From assembly GCA_973895155.1 (NCBI GenBank), contig OZ316894.1, positions 62,001-126,000 on the forward strand: DNA of 64,000 nt, read 5' to 3'. Positions within the stretch are counted from its first letter, which is position 1; every line of letters starts with the position of its first letter. This DNA comes from Marsupella aquatica (Eukaryota; Plantae; Marchantiophyta). Below, in pieces: positions 12,390 to 24,889 of this stretch. The translations under genes and the position numbers were made by a program. The notes beneath the pieces are model-generated. The model was not told the DNA's origin. It made no database searches and worked only from the letters and a program-made list of their open reading frames with translations.

Positions 12390-13420
12390 TCATACAGGAT
12401 GTTCACTCCAGTCCACCGTCTCATTGGAGGAGTCCAAAACAACAGCTGACTCTTGTTCCGGCTCGAGTTGGGGTTCTGGGAAAAGCTCAACTTCAAGGTT
12501 GGGTGCTATACCCTTGACCTCATGCCAAGTCACCTCCCATAAACTATACCCACTTATACTACTCCGTTGCACAAGGACTCCTTCTTTGTGCATGATAACA
12601 ACTTGTTCTTATACTACTCCGTTGCACAAGGACTCCTTCTTTGTGCATGATAGCAACTTGTTCTTCAGCAACTCAGGAATGACATCTTCCAACTTTTCAC
12701 TGCTTTTTCCCCTGAGTCGGGGCTGAATCTACATATCCAATCGGCCCACCACAGCCAGCCATATTGCTCAAAAACTAGGCAGCTAGCCCGAAGAGCTTAC
12801 TGTTCACTTGCAGCACAATCTTGGACAATAACCGGGAAATCAATTGCAAGGACGCATCCATACCACGATACTCTATGGCTAGATGTCTGACACCAACATC
12901 CAACACATCATGAAGCATCACAAACATAACCTGGTGAAAGAAAAGGCCACATATTGTTAGAGGAAGCTGGACATTATATGCAGAGGAGGATATACACCGC
13001 TGCAATCACAATATGGTCAATTTCCGAACTTCCTTTCTCTCTTCTGCCCACATACTCATGTCAGAACTTGTGCTATGCAAAGCCATATCTCACCCACTTG
13101 TTATGTGCCCATAGATGCATCCTTTTTTAGGCCCTGTGTGGTGCATACACTATCAGCATTCTCGTCACCTGCATCTCATATCCAATGGGAGTAAACCTTA
13201 GCCTACTTCAAATACAATTTTACAGAGTGACCCGCTAAAACATGTACGGCACATACGCACCTCTTTGCACACCACCAACTGGAGGTTTTGCAAATGCTTG
13301 GGCAACATGGTGGCAGAGGATGTCATTAGCTCAGCTCAAGTGGCCTCCAATCACTCGTCATAACTGTAAGAGTCTCAAAGCCTGCCTCAAAAGCCTCTAG
13401 ATGGCGAGCAATGTGCCTTA
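12390..13420 (-). pseudogene. GNOM: Decayed C-terminal fragment of a GNOM-type ARF-GEF
   Basis: Minus-strand pieces IARHLEAFEAGFETLTVMTSD, GHLS*ANDILC, EERKEVRKLTIL*LQRC, VMFVMLHDVLD..EYRGMDASLQLISRLLSKIVLQ, RGKSSEKLEDVIPELLKN and EGVLVQRSSISGYSLWEVTWHEVKGIAPNLEVELFP follow the recalled GNOM C-terminus in order. Stops, frameshifts and a 55-bp tandem duplication (12556-12665) disrupt it. Confidence 0.85.
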
Positions 13421-13433
13421 ATTTGTGAATGCT

Positions 13434-16400
13434 CTATCGTCTCGGCCTTCCTATTGCCTGTTGCCTAGACAACCTGAGTCGCTCCTCTTTCAGTACTTCC
13501 TGCAATATTGCGTTATCCTTTTTTCCGCTACTCAAACTTCCGTGTACGCATTCATCAATCAGTGTCCTCTTTCTCTGTTGTACATGCCACAATGTCTCCT
13601 CAATAGTATTCCTCATTAGGAAATGTGTAACAAACACTTCTTTTGTCTGCCCTAGACGATGAGTTCTGTCCACTGCTTGATCTTCTGCTGTTGGATTCCA
13701 CCATATATCTGTAAAGAGTACATGATTGGCAGCCATGATATTTAATCCCGTATTGGCAGCCTTTAATGACAGTAGGGCAACTTGTATCTGAATCAATCCA
13801 GTGTAGTGAAATGCTTAGTGAGTGACCGATGTACAATTTCTCAAAAACATGCACCAAAACAACCTATATGGGGTGCTTTATGCATACCTGGCGAGATTCG
13901 GCAAAGTCTCTCAGATTTTGGTCACGCTTCTCCAAACTCATGCTCCCGTCCACCCTTGTGAACTGGATGTTTGCACTTTCAAGAGTTCCTTGTAACAAGT
14001 CAATTAAGCCGGTCCATTGAGAAAACACAATGGTCTTATGGTCACTTCCAGACTCTCGCAGCTCGTTCAAGTAAGACATGACACCGTCAATTTTGGGTGA
14101 TGGCCCAGAAGTATGAAAACCGAGAATTTCCAAGTCCTCCTCTGCCAATTCAGTGCCAGACGACGTACATATATCACATACTCTGTACACCGTACTCCAT
14201 GAAATTTGCTGCTTACAGTGTGGTGCTCCGCATATTATGTCCTCTTCCAGCGGATCAAAATAACAAGCTGAACTGGAACAGTAATAGTGACCACAGATGG
14301 AAATCATGGGGTCATCAAAAAGCTCACCCTGCAAATATTACAAAAATGGATTTCACAGTTAGTGTGCAATGTCAAATGTTTCACCAATCGCCACCGGTTG
14401 AACAACACTCCCACGGGGTACTGGATTTACAAATAGGATTTACTATGTGCGAAAAATCACCTGGCACTTGTTACAAGTCACCCCTTCTGGAGCATCCAAC
14501 AACTTGTTTACCAATTCGCCTGAACGGACTCCATCGGGTTGGATCTTGGGAGTATTCACACTATCTTCTTTTTCATTGTGAAAGACAAGGTCACGATGCC
14601 CACAGTGGCGTCTCATTCTCAGCATCAACGACAACAATTTAGCTTTCTCTTTCTTATTTCCCTTCTGTGAAGCCCACAAATCGAGCCGGTTGAGTAATTG
14701 TACAAAACAACAGGGCAACCACGGTATCTGTGCACAATTGAAGAATGACAAAGTACACCCACATAGGGTGGGCCAAACTTTGGACATACCGAGTCTTCCG
14801 CTGCACTCCTTGCCTCTAATTTCTTATACACTATGGCATCGCCTTCAACTAAAAAGTCGAGATGAGCGACTCTTACATGCTTCTTAGGTAGATTCAAGAT
14901 ACCTGCAAACAAAACATGTCCAGCTATAAGATTGCATACAAACATACAACACATCGAAATCCATATGAAATTCAACCAATTCCAAATAATGGAAAAGTCC
15001 AATTCCAACACATGTGAACATTGTAGTTGTAGTTGTCTTACTCTTATCTCTTCTCAATGTAATGGCCCTCAGCTCCTTGTGTAGTATTGCGTGTCCAGCT
15101 TTCCTACTTTTTGCAATATGCTGCCTCAAAATCTTGAACCGGTCTATGTCACAGTAAGGGGGGTATCCAAGAAATTTGAAATAACTGTATGCCTCCCAAG
15201 TAGAATTTGACACAGGAGTTCCACTTACACACCATCTGCTTCTTGCATGTAGGTTGCAAGCAGCTAATGCTCTGCCACTCCTATGGTTTGAGATTGCCTG
15301 ACACTCGTCTAGAATCACCCTGTACCATTGTACCTGCTCCAGGCAAGGAGGCAATGGATCCTTCGTTTTCTTGGGTGTTGGCTCCACATGAATTTTTTGA
15401 CTTAATTTCCCTTTCCTTCTCAGTGTAGGTGGGTCCGCAGTGGAATGTTGGGCGAGAGTGCCATAAGTGGTAATTATAACATCGTATAAGTCCAACTGCT
15501 TTGGATCCATACATCTGTCCGACCCGTGAAATATTAACACCTTTACATTTGCCCTTGCAGTAGTTTTAGTGGTAATCTCACGTTTCCATTGAGTCATAAC
15601 ACTTCCAGGACAAACGATAAGGGTCTTGCTTCTGGGTGGTCGATTGGTGACTAAGAGTGTAATCAGTTGAATTGTCTTCCCCATTCCCTACCAACAAATA
15701 CAGTTAGTTCATTTCATGCAATGGGGAAGAAAATTCCAAGTTCACACCACAAAAACACATGATGACCCTGAAGTCAATGCACAGCCCACTCAACATTAGG
15801 AAATGATGTGAGCTTTAGGGTTTTACCTGGTCATCTGCCAAAATACCCCCAAAACATTGGGAATCACCACTCTCCCTTGACAACATCCAGAATAGACCTT
15901 TCCGTTGATGTTGATAAACTGTCACATTTTGCATAAGCCCATCTGGTGGGCTTGCTTCTCCTGTGAAGTCCCTATCATCAATGTATTCCTGCAATGGTCA
16001 CGGAATAACAGTCAGCCTTCTTAACCGGCTCTACTCATCCAAACTGAGTATTTGGACAAGATGCTGCGACATGGTTAGTTTACTCACTCGTTCCTCAGCT
16101 TGCGAAAAAGGTTGGACTCGGACTCGAGGAAAGTCCATCTCTGAATCTGAATCTGAACAGGAATTTGCGATTGTATGACGCACGGAGGTAGCGTCAATGT
16201 CAACATGATCCAAGCTATCCCCTTCATTATCAAAAGACCACAACAGTCGTCGCCTTTTTGGGGGGTCCTCCAAATTAATACGAGTCAATTGCGAGACCAC
16301 AGACAGAGAACAACTTGCAATCTCATCCCTCTGTACGCGATTTTTACATGGCACTGGCACTATTGTCATTTCATTGTTGGAGGTTGAACCAAGTAATGGA

Positions 16401-19400
16401 CGTCCATGAGCTTGCCTCTTTGGTTCCGCAATGAACGGTATAACTGGTTCAGCGTTCGACACTTGCTTTCTCTTCAAATTCCTCATTGTACATTCCAACT
16501 CTTCAACCTTTGCAAAAGCTATGTGCAATTGGTCATCCTTGAATTTTAATTCTACTTTCTGAGTCAAAACTATTTGTTGCAAGTCTACATTCTCGCCCAA
16601 TCTACAATGCACCTGTTCAAGCTCTGCCATTGTACGCTCTAAGTCCAATTTCAAAGACTCCACGTTAGTGCGCTGAGTATTGCGTTCGGCAGTGCACTTT
16701 GCTACCTCATTTCTCAGTTCCCCCATGCACATTTTGTTCTCCTTCAAAGCTTTGTGAGCAATTGCGTATTCCGCCTTCAGCCTTGTCTGTTTTACAAGTG
16801 CTCGTTGAAGGTCTTCCAACTTGCTCTGTGACTCTAATCTGAACAACTGAAGTTGTGTGCTCACATCATCTCGTTGTTTAGTGCGCCCTGCAAGTTCACT
16901 TTCCAATTCTTCCATGCGCATTTGGATATCCTTCAAAGCACATTCAGCACCTAAACATGATTCCATGCACACTGCCTGCTCTACAACCTTCCGTTGAACA
17001 TCTTCAAACTTGCTTTTTGACGACAATTTCAACAACTCAAGTTCATTGATCGCGGCATCTCGTCCTGCAACACATCTTTCAAGGTCAGCACTCAATTCTG
17101 CCATGCGCTTACCGGAGTCCTCCTTCCAACCTTGTTCAGCAGCTTGGTAATTGTCATTGCGCTTTGTCACCTGCACAAGCTTTTCTTCAAGGTCTTTCAA
17201 CTTCCATTGTGACTGCAATTTGAACTCTTCAAATTTGCTGGTGACCGCATCTCGTTCTGCAGTGCCCATTTGAAGTTCAGCACTCAATTTTGCCATGCAT
17301 GATTGGTCCTCCTTCCAACCTTGTTTAGCAGCTTGGTATTCGTCATTGCGCTTTGTCACCTGCACAAGCTTTTCTTCAAGGTCTTTCAACTTCCATTGTG
17401 ACTGCAATTTGAACTCTTCAAATTTGCTGGTGACCGCATCTCGTTCTGCAGTGCCCATTTGAAGTTCAGCACTCAATTTTGCCATGCGCGATTGGTCCTC
17501 CTTCCAACCTTGTTCAGCAGCTTGGTATTCGTCATTGCGCTTTGTCACCTGCACAAGATTTTCTTCAAGGTCTTTCAACGTGCATTGTGACTGCAATTTG
17601 AACTCTTCAAATTTGTTGGTGATCGCATCTCGTCCTGTAGTGCCCATTTGAAGTTCAACACTCAATTCTGCCATGCGTGATTGGTCCTTCTTCCAACCTT
17701 GTTCAGCAGCTTGGTATTCGTCATTGCGCATTGTCACCTGCATAAGCTTTTCTTCAAGGTCTTTCAACCTGGACTGTGACTGCAATTTGAACTCTTCAAA
17801 TTCGCTAGTGACCGCATCTCGTTCCGCAGTGCCCATTTGAAGTTCAACACTCAATTTTGTCATGCGCGATTGGTCCTCCTTCCAACCTTGTTCAGCAGCT
17901 TGGTATTCGTCATTGCGCTTTGTCACCTGCACAAGATTTTCTTCAAGGTCTTTCAACGTGCATTGTGACTGCAATTTGAACTCTTCAAATTTGTTGGTGA
18001 TCGCATCTCGTCCTGTAGTGCCCATTTGAAGTTCAACACTCAATTCTGCCATGCGTGATTGGTCCTTCTTCCAACCTTGTTCAGCAGCTTGGTATTCGTC
18101 ATTGCGCATTGTCACCTGCATAAGCTTTTCTTCAAGGTCTTTCAACCTGGACTGTGACTGCAATTTGAACTCTTCAAATTCGCTAGTGACCGCATCTCGT
18201 TCCGCAGTGCCCATTTGAAGTTCAACACTCAATTTTGTCATGCGCGATTGGTCCTCCTTCCAACCTTGTTCAGCAGCTTGGTATTCGTCATTGCGCTTTG
18301 TCACCTGCACAAGATTTTCTTCAAGGTCTTTCAACGTGCATTGTGACTGCAATTTGAACTCTTCAAATTTGTTGGTGATCGCATCTCGTCCTGTAGTGCC
18401 CATTTGAAGTTCAACACTCAATTCTGCCATGCGTGATTGGTCCTCCTTCCAACCTTGTTCAGCAGCTTGGTACTTGTCATTGCGCATTGTCACCCGCACA
18501 AGCTTTTCTTCAAGGTCTTCCAACCTGCATTGTGATTGCAATTTGAACACCTCAAATTCTCTGGTGACCGCATCTCGTCCTGCATTGCATATTTCTTGTT
18601 CAACACTCAAATTTGCCATGCACGATTGGTTCTCATTCCAACCTTCTCCAGCATCTTCATATTCGTCATTTCGCATTGTCTGTGCCGTCAACTCCCCTTC
18701 AAGGTCATCAATCCTGCCTTCTAACTTTGATTCCGATGACTGAAGTTTACATTGAATAGGTTGAGGTTGGGTTTCCCTTCTTGTAGTACCCTCGTTGCCA
18801 ACATTTGGCCCCAATATAAGGCTTTCCCATGAAAATCCCCAATGTAGCAGCAACTGTGTAATAGCAGTCCCACAATAAGCGGGGAACGCCTTTGACTCAC
18901 GAACATTCCTCATACCCTGAAGGTGTTTCTTGAATTTACTTATTTCCAAAGCCAATTCATCGTAAACTAAATCACTCCAATCTGGTAGCAATTTTGGCAC
19001 AGGGCCTGCTAGTCTTTTTCCCTTGGGCAAAGTACCACACAAATACCAGTAGAAATAACTCAATTGTTTCGCTGATAACTGTGAAGGCTTCTCCTTACCC
19101 AGCAGAATTTCCTGCACCACTCTAATTGCCCCAGACCATCTATCATACGGAGCTCTCAAAAGCTTTAAACTATAGGGATTCCCTCTTATTCGTGGACGAA
19201 CAAACAAATCATTGAATTCAGGATAGTGCATTCTCTGCCTACACTTGGCGAATGTACCAGATGGCAGCTTGAATGCCGCACGTAACACATCTTGTGTGAT
19301 TTTCAATGAACATCCTCGGAATTCACTGGATTTTGATGCATAATCAAATCCCAACACAAACTCCTTCACCCCACATACGGCTGTTATGTTGTAATCAATC

Positions 19401-19555
19401 CCAAAAGTTTGTTGCAGACCAAGGTTGAAAATCATTGACGATCGAGTTGGATCACCTCCCACCAAACTACGAATTCGTTCCGGTGTGCAGGAATGCCACA
19501 ACGTTCCAGTACCGCCTATTTCAATTCCAACCCACGGATTGTCAAAATGTTCCAC
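13434..19555 (-). CDS. Chimeric RAD5/RAD16-like SNF2 ATPase with RING finger, fused to a long coiled-coil repeat region and a mobile-element-like N-terminal domain
   Basis: Inferred exons, all GT-AG and frame-consistent: about 19555-16088, 15988-15827, 15687-15042, 14902-14790, 14727-14461, 14328-13888, 13787-13434. The 14727 acceptor and the true start are uncertain. Spliced motifs: HQRKGLFWM..GGILADDQ|GMGKT, TLIVCP, ILDECQ, SGTP, LRRDK, C3HC4 RING (CNKCQ|GELFDDPMISICGHYYC..C..C..C), KTIVFSQW, VDGSM, GLN, WWNP, QAVDRTHRLGQ. Confidence 0.85.
16690..18760 (-). repeat. Coding tandem repeat, 189 bp / 63 aa (9 heptads), about 10 copies; central copies form 378-bp A/B dimers
   Basis: Unit EQGWKEDQSRMAELSVELQMGTTGRDAITNKFEEFKLQSQCTLKDLEENLVQVTKRNDEYQAA. 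Alternating near-identical variants in the middle, divergent copies at both ends. Confidence 0.95.
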
Positions 19556-20094
19556 ATATCATCACTAAACCACAATGCAAAATTCAACTATATGCAATGA
19601 CGACCAACTATTAAGTATTGTAATCCAAACCTTCCTTTTCCACCTCCTTGTAGGGCTGGACCTCGTCGTAAGGTGACTCTGCCTTGTCCTCCATGTTTTG
19701 GATCTGCTGTGCTTGAAATTCACTTCTGTCGTATGAAAGGTAGTCCAATTAAGTAAACCCTAATCCTATCACCAACACATTGCCGTGAGCAACTCATGAG
19801 GCTTACTCGACGGAAGGAGGGTATTGACACGCAAGGAGCCTCTCAAAACATGACAGATTCCATTTCTGCAAAGCTGCTTGTTGCTCTATTGGATGCTGTC
19901 AATCCATGTACTTAAACTTAAACTCCTTGTTGTGAAGAAACGTTCCCTTTGTTATGAAGCGTCTTGTCCAAGTCACTGCCAACCTTTCTGGAATCCGGAA
20001 GATGCGAACTAAAATGCTCCTATATTGTCAGCACCCCATAAGCACCAAAGTTGTGCATAGTTGGTGCTCGGGTAAAGGGCGTTGTACAGTCCTT

Positions 20095-21375
20095 CTGCAT
20101 TACCCGAGCACACTGTGGCTGTGCGTTATAGAATACCCCATCCCTCGTACCCCCAACCTTCAAAATACTGTAATTTGATACATACATACCCTTCGGTGCA
20201 CATTGACATTTTTTTGCATTACCCAGAACATGGTGGCTGTGGGTTTTGGAAAACCCCATCCCTCGTACCCCCCAACCTTTAAAATACTGTAATTTGATAA
20301 TACATGTACCCTTTGGAACACATTGGCACTTACATTACCTCATGGTGGTTGTGCGTTTTGGAATACCCCATCCCTCGTACCTCAACCTTCAAAATACTGT
20401 AATTTGATACATACATACCCTTCAGAGCACATTGGCACTTGCATTACCCCAGCACATGGTGGCTGTGCGTTTTGGAATACCCCATCCATCGTACCCCCCA
20501 ACCTTCAATACTGTAATTTGATACATACGTACCCTTCGGTGCACATTTACATTTGCATTACCCCAGCACATGGTGGCTGTGCATTTTGGAATACCCCATC
20601 CCTCATACCCCTCAACCTTCAAAATATTGTAATCTGATATATACATACCCTTTGGAGCACATTGGCACTTGCATTACCCCAGCACATGGTGGTTGTGAGT
20701 TTTGGAATACCCCATCCGTCGTACCCCCCCAACCTTTATAATACTGTAATTTGATAATACATGTACCCTTTGGAACACATTGGCACTTGCATTACCTCAT
20801 GGTGGTTGTGCGTTTTGGAATACCCCATCCCTCGTACCTCAACCTTCAAAATACTGTAATTTGATACATACATACCCTTCAGAGCACATTGGCACTTGCA
20901 TTACCCGAGCACTTGGTGACTATGCGTTTTGGAATACCCCATCCCTCGTACCTCAACCTTCAAAATACTGTAATTTGATATATAGATACCCTTTGGAGCA
21001 CATTGGCACTTGCATTACCCCAGCACATGGTGGCTATGCATTTTGGAATACCCCATCCGTCGTACCACCCAACCTTCAAAATACTGTAATTTGAAACATA
21101 CATACCCATCCGAGCACATGGACATTTGCATTACCCCAACACATGGTGGCTGTGCATTTTGGAATACCCCATCCCTCATACCCCTCAACCTTCAAAATAC
21201 TGTAATTTGATATATACATACCCTTCGGAGCACATTGGCACTTGTATTACCCCACCACATGGTGGCTGTGAGTTTTGGAATACCCCATCCGTCGTACCCC
21301 CCAACCTTCAAAATATTGTAATTTGATACAAACATACCCTTTGGAGCACATTGACATTTGCATTACCCTAGCACA
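20095..21375 (+). repeat. Tandem array of about 115 bp x 11
   Basis: gaataccccatcc recurs at about 20131, 20248, 20361, 20475, 20589, 20705, 20818, 20932, 21046, 21162 and 21278. A variant unit recurs about 457 bp apart. Confidence 0.95.
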
Positions 21376-21583
21376 TAATTATATACAAGCCATCCGGATA
21401 GTGCACTTGTGATGCCCGTTGAGCTCAAATTGCCATCGGAAGCTATGGGACAGATTGCTTGACAGAATTCCACAATTACTTGTTATACTGTATAGTTGAT
21501 ATATTCTTGTGTTCATTTTTCCTGTCCATTTGGAAATTGCACAAATTAACAAAAGTATCCATAAAGGTCTGTCATCGTAGAAA
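21371..21583 (+). repeat. About 210-bp segment duplicated at about 25140-25350
   Basis: agcacataattatatacaagccatcc...aaggtctgtcatcgtagaaag is present at both sites. Confidence 0.85.
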
Positions 21584-23385
21584 GTGATGACATCAAGTCA
21601 ATTTTGAGCACTCCCTCGGAGGTGTAATTGTTCAGCATTTGTAAATACCTTGCACTATATATCATGACTGTACACATTGAATTAGTTCTACTCAGCCATT
21701 TCCCACGTCCAAATTTGAATGGTGACACTTTTGATACTAACGGAGTTTTGAAGGTTTCAACATGAATGCTATTGCTGCAAAAATGTTTAACCGGAAATGT
21801 TATGGGAGTTTACGGTTTAACCGGAAATGTTATGGGAGCCTATGAGCGACGAGCACATTAAGTAACCAGATTGAAGACAGGCAATAGGAATTCTAGAAGC
21901 CCAATTATACTTCCCGACCATAATACCATCCCAACCATGGCGCAGAAGGGAATTTGAAGGCGGCAAGCACATTAAGGAACCAAATTGAAGGCGGACAGGA
22001 ATTCTAGAAGGCCAATGCTTCCCAACTATAATACCAGCCCAACCATGGCGTTGAAGGGAATTTGAAGAAAGTGATGACGTCAAGTCAATTTTAAGCACTC
22101 CCTCGGAGGTGTAATTGTTCACCATTTGTAAATACCTCGCACTATATATCACGACTGTACACATTGAATTAGTTCTAATCAGCCATTTCCCACATCCAAA
22201 ATTGAATGGTGACACTTTTGATACTAACGGAGATTAAAGGTTTCGACATGAATGCTATTGCTGCAAAAATGTTTAACCGGAAATGTTATGGGAGTCGACT
22301 ACGGTTTAACCAGAAATGTTATGGGAGCTAATCAGCCATTTCCCACGTCCAAAATTGAATGGTGACACTTTTGATACTAACAGAGATTAAAGGTTTCGAC
22401 ATGAATGCTATTGCTGCAAAAATATTTAACCGGAAATGTTATGGGAGTCGACTACGGTTTAACCAGAAATGTTATGGGAGCTAATCAGCCATTTCCCACG
22501 TCCAAAATTGAATGGTGACACTTTTGACACTAACGTAGTTTAAAGGTTTCGACATGAATGCTATTGCTGCAAAAATGTTTAACCGGAAATGTTATGGGAG
22601 TTGACTACGGTTTAACCAGAAATGTTATGGGAGCTAATTAGCCATTTCCCACGTCCAAAATTGAATGGGGACACTTTTGACACTAACGTAGTTTAAAGGT
22701 TTCGACAGGAATGCTATTGTTGCAAATACGGTTTAACCAGAAATGTTATGGGAGTCGACTACGTACGGTTTAACCGGAAATGTTATGGGAGCTAATCAGC
22801 CATTTCCCACGTCCAAATTGAATGGTGACACTTTTGATACTAACGGAGATTAAAGGTTTCAACAGGAATGCTATTGCTGCAAAAATGTTTAACCAGAAAT
22901 GTTATGGGAGTCGACTACGGTTTAACCGGAAATGTTATGGGAGCTAATCAGCCATTTCCCACGTCCAAATTGAATGGTGACACTTTTGATACTAACGGAG
23001 ATTAAAGGTTTCAACATGAATGCTATTGCTGCAAAAATGTTTAACCGGAAATGTTATGGGAGTCTACGGTTTAATCGGAAATGTTATGGGAGTCTATAGT
23101 TTAACCGGAAAATTATGGGAGTCTACGGTTTAACCGGAAAATTATGTTATGGGAGCCTACGAGCGACAAGCACATTAAAGAACCAGATTGCAGACGGGCA
23201 ATAGGAATTCTAGAAGACCAAATGAATACTTCCCGACCATAATACCAGCCCAACCATGGCACAGAAGGGAATTTGAAGGTGAAGAGCACATTAAGGAACC
23301 AGATTGAAGGTGGGCGGCAGGAATTCTAGAAAGCCAATCTTTTCCGACTAAAATACCACCCCAACCATAGTGCAGAAGGGAAGGG
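21580..23385 (+). repeat. Composite array: about 153-bp units (6 in tandem, 22178-23100) with internal about 29-bp TTTAACCGGAAATGTTATGGGAG subrepeats, plus paired about 110-bp units
   Basis: agccatttcc recurs at 21694, 22181, 22334, 22487, 22640, 22798 and 22950. Units of the form agcacattaaggaacc...aagggaatttgaagg occur at about 21850-22065 and 23168-23380. Further copies lie at about 26450-26600, 26965-27150 and 27190-27290. Confidence 0.9.
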
Positions 23386-24548
23386 TCTGTCGGCAATTTG
23401 AATTACTTGTTCCCAGGCTGCTGCGAAGTGCAAGCAAGCGTGGACGTGGGTTCCCACTTTAGTTAGACAAACCATATCGAAGAAATTCATTGAACGTGGG
23501 ACGAATGAAAGTATTGTGCTTGCAAAAAGAATAGAGATAGTTTGTGTCTATCCCAACTTCATATTCTCGTTGCCTGGCAACAGAGAAGAAGATTTAATTG
23601 CACAATGAATTGGTAATACAGAGCGTACAATGGTTTTGGTGGGGACAGTTGCCAACTCAATAACTTTGAGCTTTTAACTATGTTATGGCCTACCTAATTA
23701 TCGCTGAAAGTGCTCAGACAATAAATGTTCACCTATTGCTGTAAAGTATAAACATTGTGCACGTTCAGTTCCGCTACTTGAATTTACTAAATCAAATTGG
23801 CAAGTGTTGGATTACACATCACTTCCCAAGTTAAAGCAACTTAAATTAGCTGGAGTGAGGGTCGCCACCTATTGGAATTTGGAACTGGAGTGCTTCTTGT
23901 GCACCACCATCAGCTTTGCCTCGACCAACTTTTGGTGTAGTCCTCCCATCAAGCGTGCGCAGCCCCTGAGACACGAATTGCAGCTCATGAGCTTCAAACG
24001 CTCTACAAGCATTACAAGCATTTGTGTGGCAATTCTAATGGTTGTCGTGAGCAATTGAAGGATAGACTTATAAGTCTGTAGATAATAATGCCGGCAGCCC
24101 CATCCCAATTTCCTCATTCCAATCAGTAGTGTGCTCTGGTTTATTCCACAGCTCTTGTGGGGCCTGATAGAAACTTCCAACCATGGTAACTCAAATGAGC
24201 AAGAAGCAAAAGAGGTATTCATCAATTTGACTAACCGGTGTTGCGACAACGCTCGCTCGAAAGGACTCAAATAATTCCAATGCCAATTTTCAAGTGGCTC
24301 GCTCAGCCACTTGCTGCGAGTTTAGGGAGCTACCTTCGGTTCTGCTGTTGCATGAAGACACGGAATTGGCCAAAAAATTTGCAAACAGTTATGTGAAGGA
24401 GAAACGATGCAGGTGGGGCAAGTCAATGGCCCGGGCCAAACTCAAAGCATTGATTCAGAGCTTGAAAGCAAACAAAATGGCAGCTAACTAAAAAGTTTTG
24501 CTGTGGTGGGTGTGTTGACCTCGCCACACAACAACTCATGGGACGGTA

Positions 24549-24889
24549 GGGTGAAACAAGTTATAAAAAGTTAAGTTCCAAGATTTTTGGCTCTTAACTT
24601 TCCAGTGAAGTACTCGCAAAATGACGGACACTAACTAGAGATTGTTAGTGATTTAACTATCAGATTTAACTATGAGTGCGAGTTGAGCCGGCAGGAACCC
24701 TGCGCCTATTTTCCTTTGATTTAACAGGATTAGTTGAAAAGATAACCCACCCTAAGAAATTTAACTAGGCGCAGGGGGGTTCCGGACAGCCCAAATGTCT
24801 ATTTTTACTTAGAATCTCATGAACTTGAGCGAGTATTTAACCAAAAAGTTAAGTGCAAACACACATGGAACTTATCTTTTTTTCACCCC
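24549..24889. mobile_element. Degenerate MITE / fold-back element (about 340 bp)
   Basis: Left gggtgaaa..taagttcca..cttaacttt..tactcgc is the inverse of right gcgagta..aaagttaag..tggaactta..tttcaccc. An inner inverted pair ccctgcgccta / taggcgcaggg is also present. No clear TSD. Confidence 0.65.

Noticed and set aside
19630-19694. Candidate first exon (MEDKAESPYDEVQPYKEVEKE) for the SNF2 chimera
   Set aside because: Splicing to the nearest acceptor (19565) is out of frame with the long ORF, so the start could not be resolved.
20095-23385. Regularly spaced repeats as a CRISPR-like array
   Set aside because: Units are contiguous tandem copies without unique spacers, there are no cas genes, and the context is eukaryotic.
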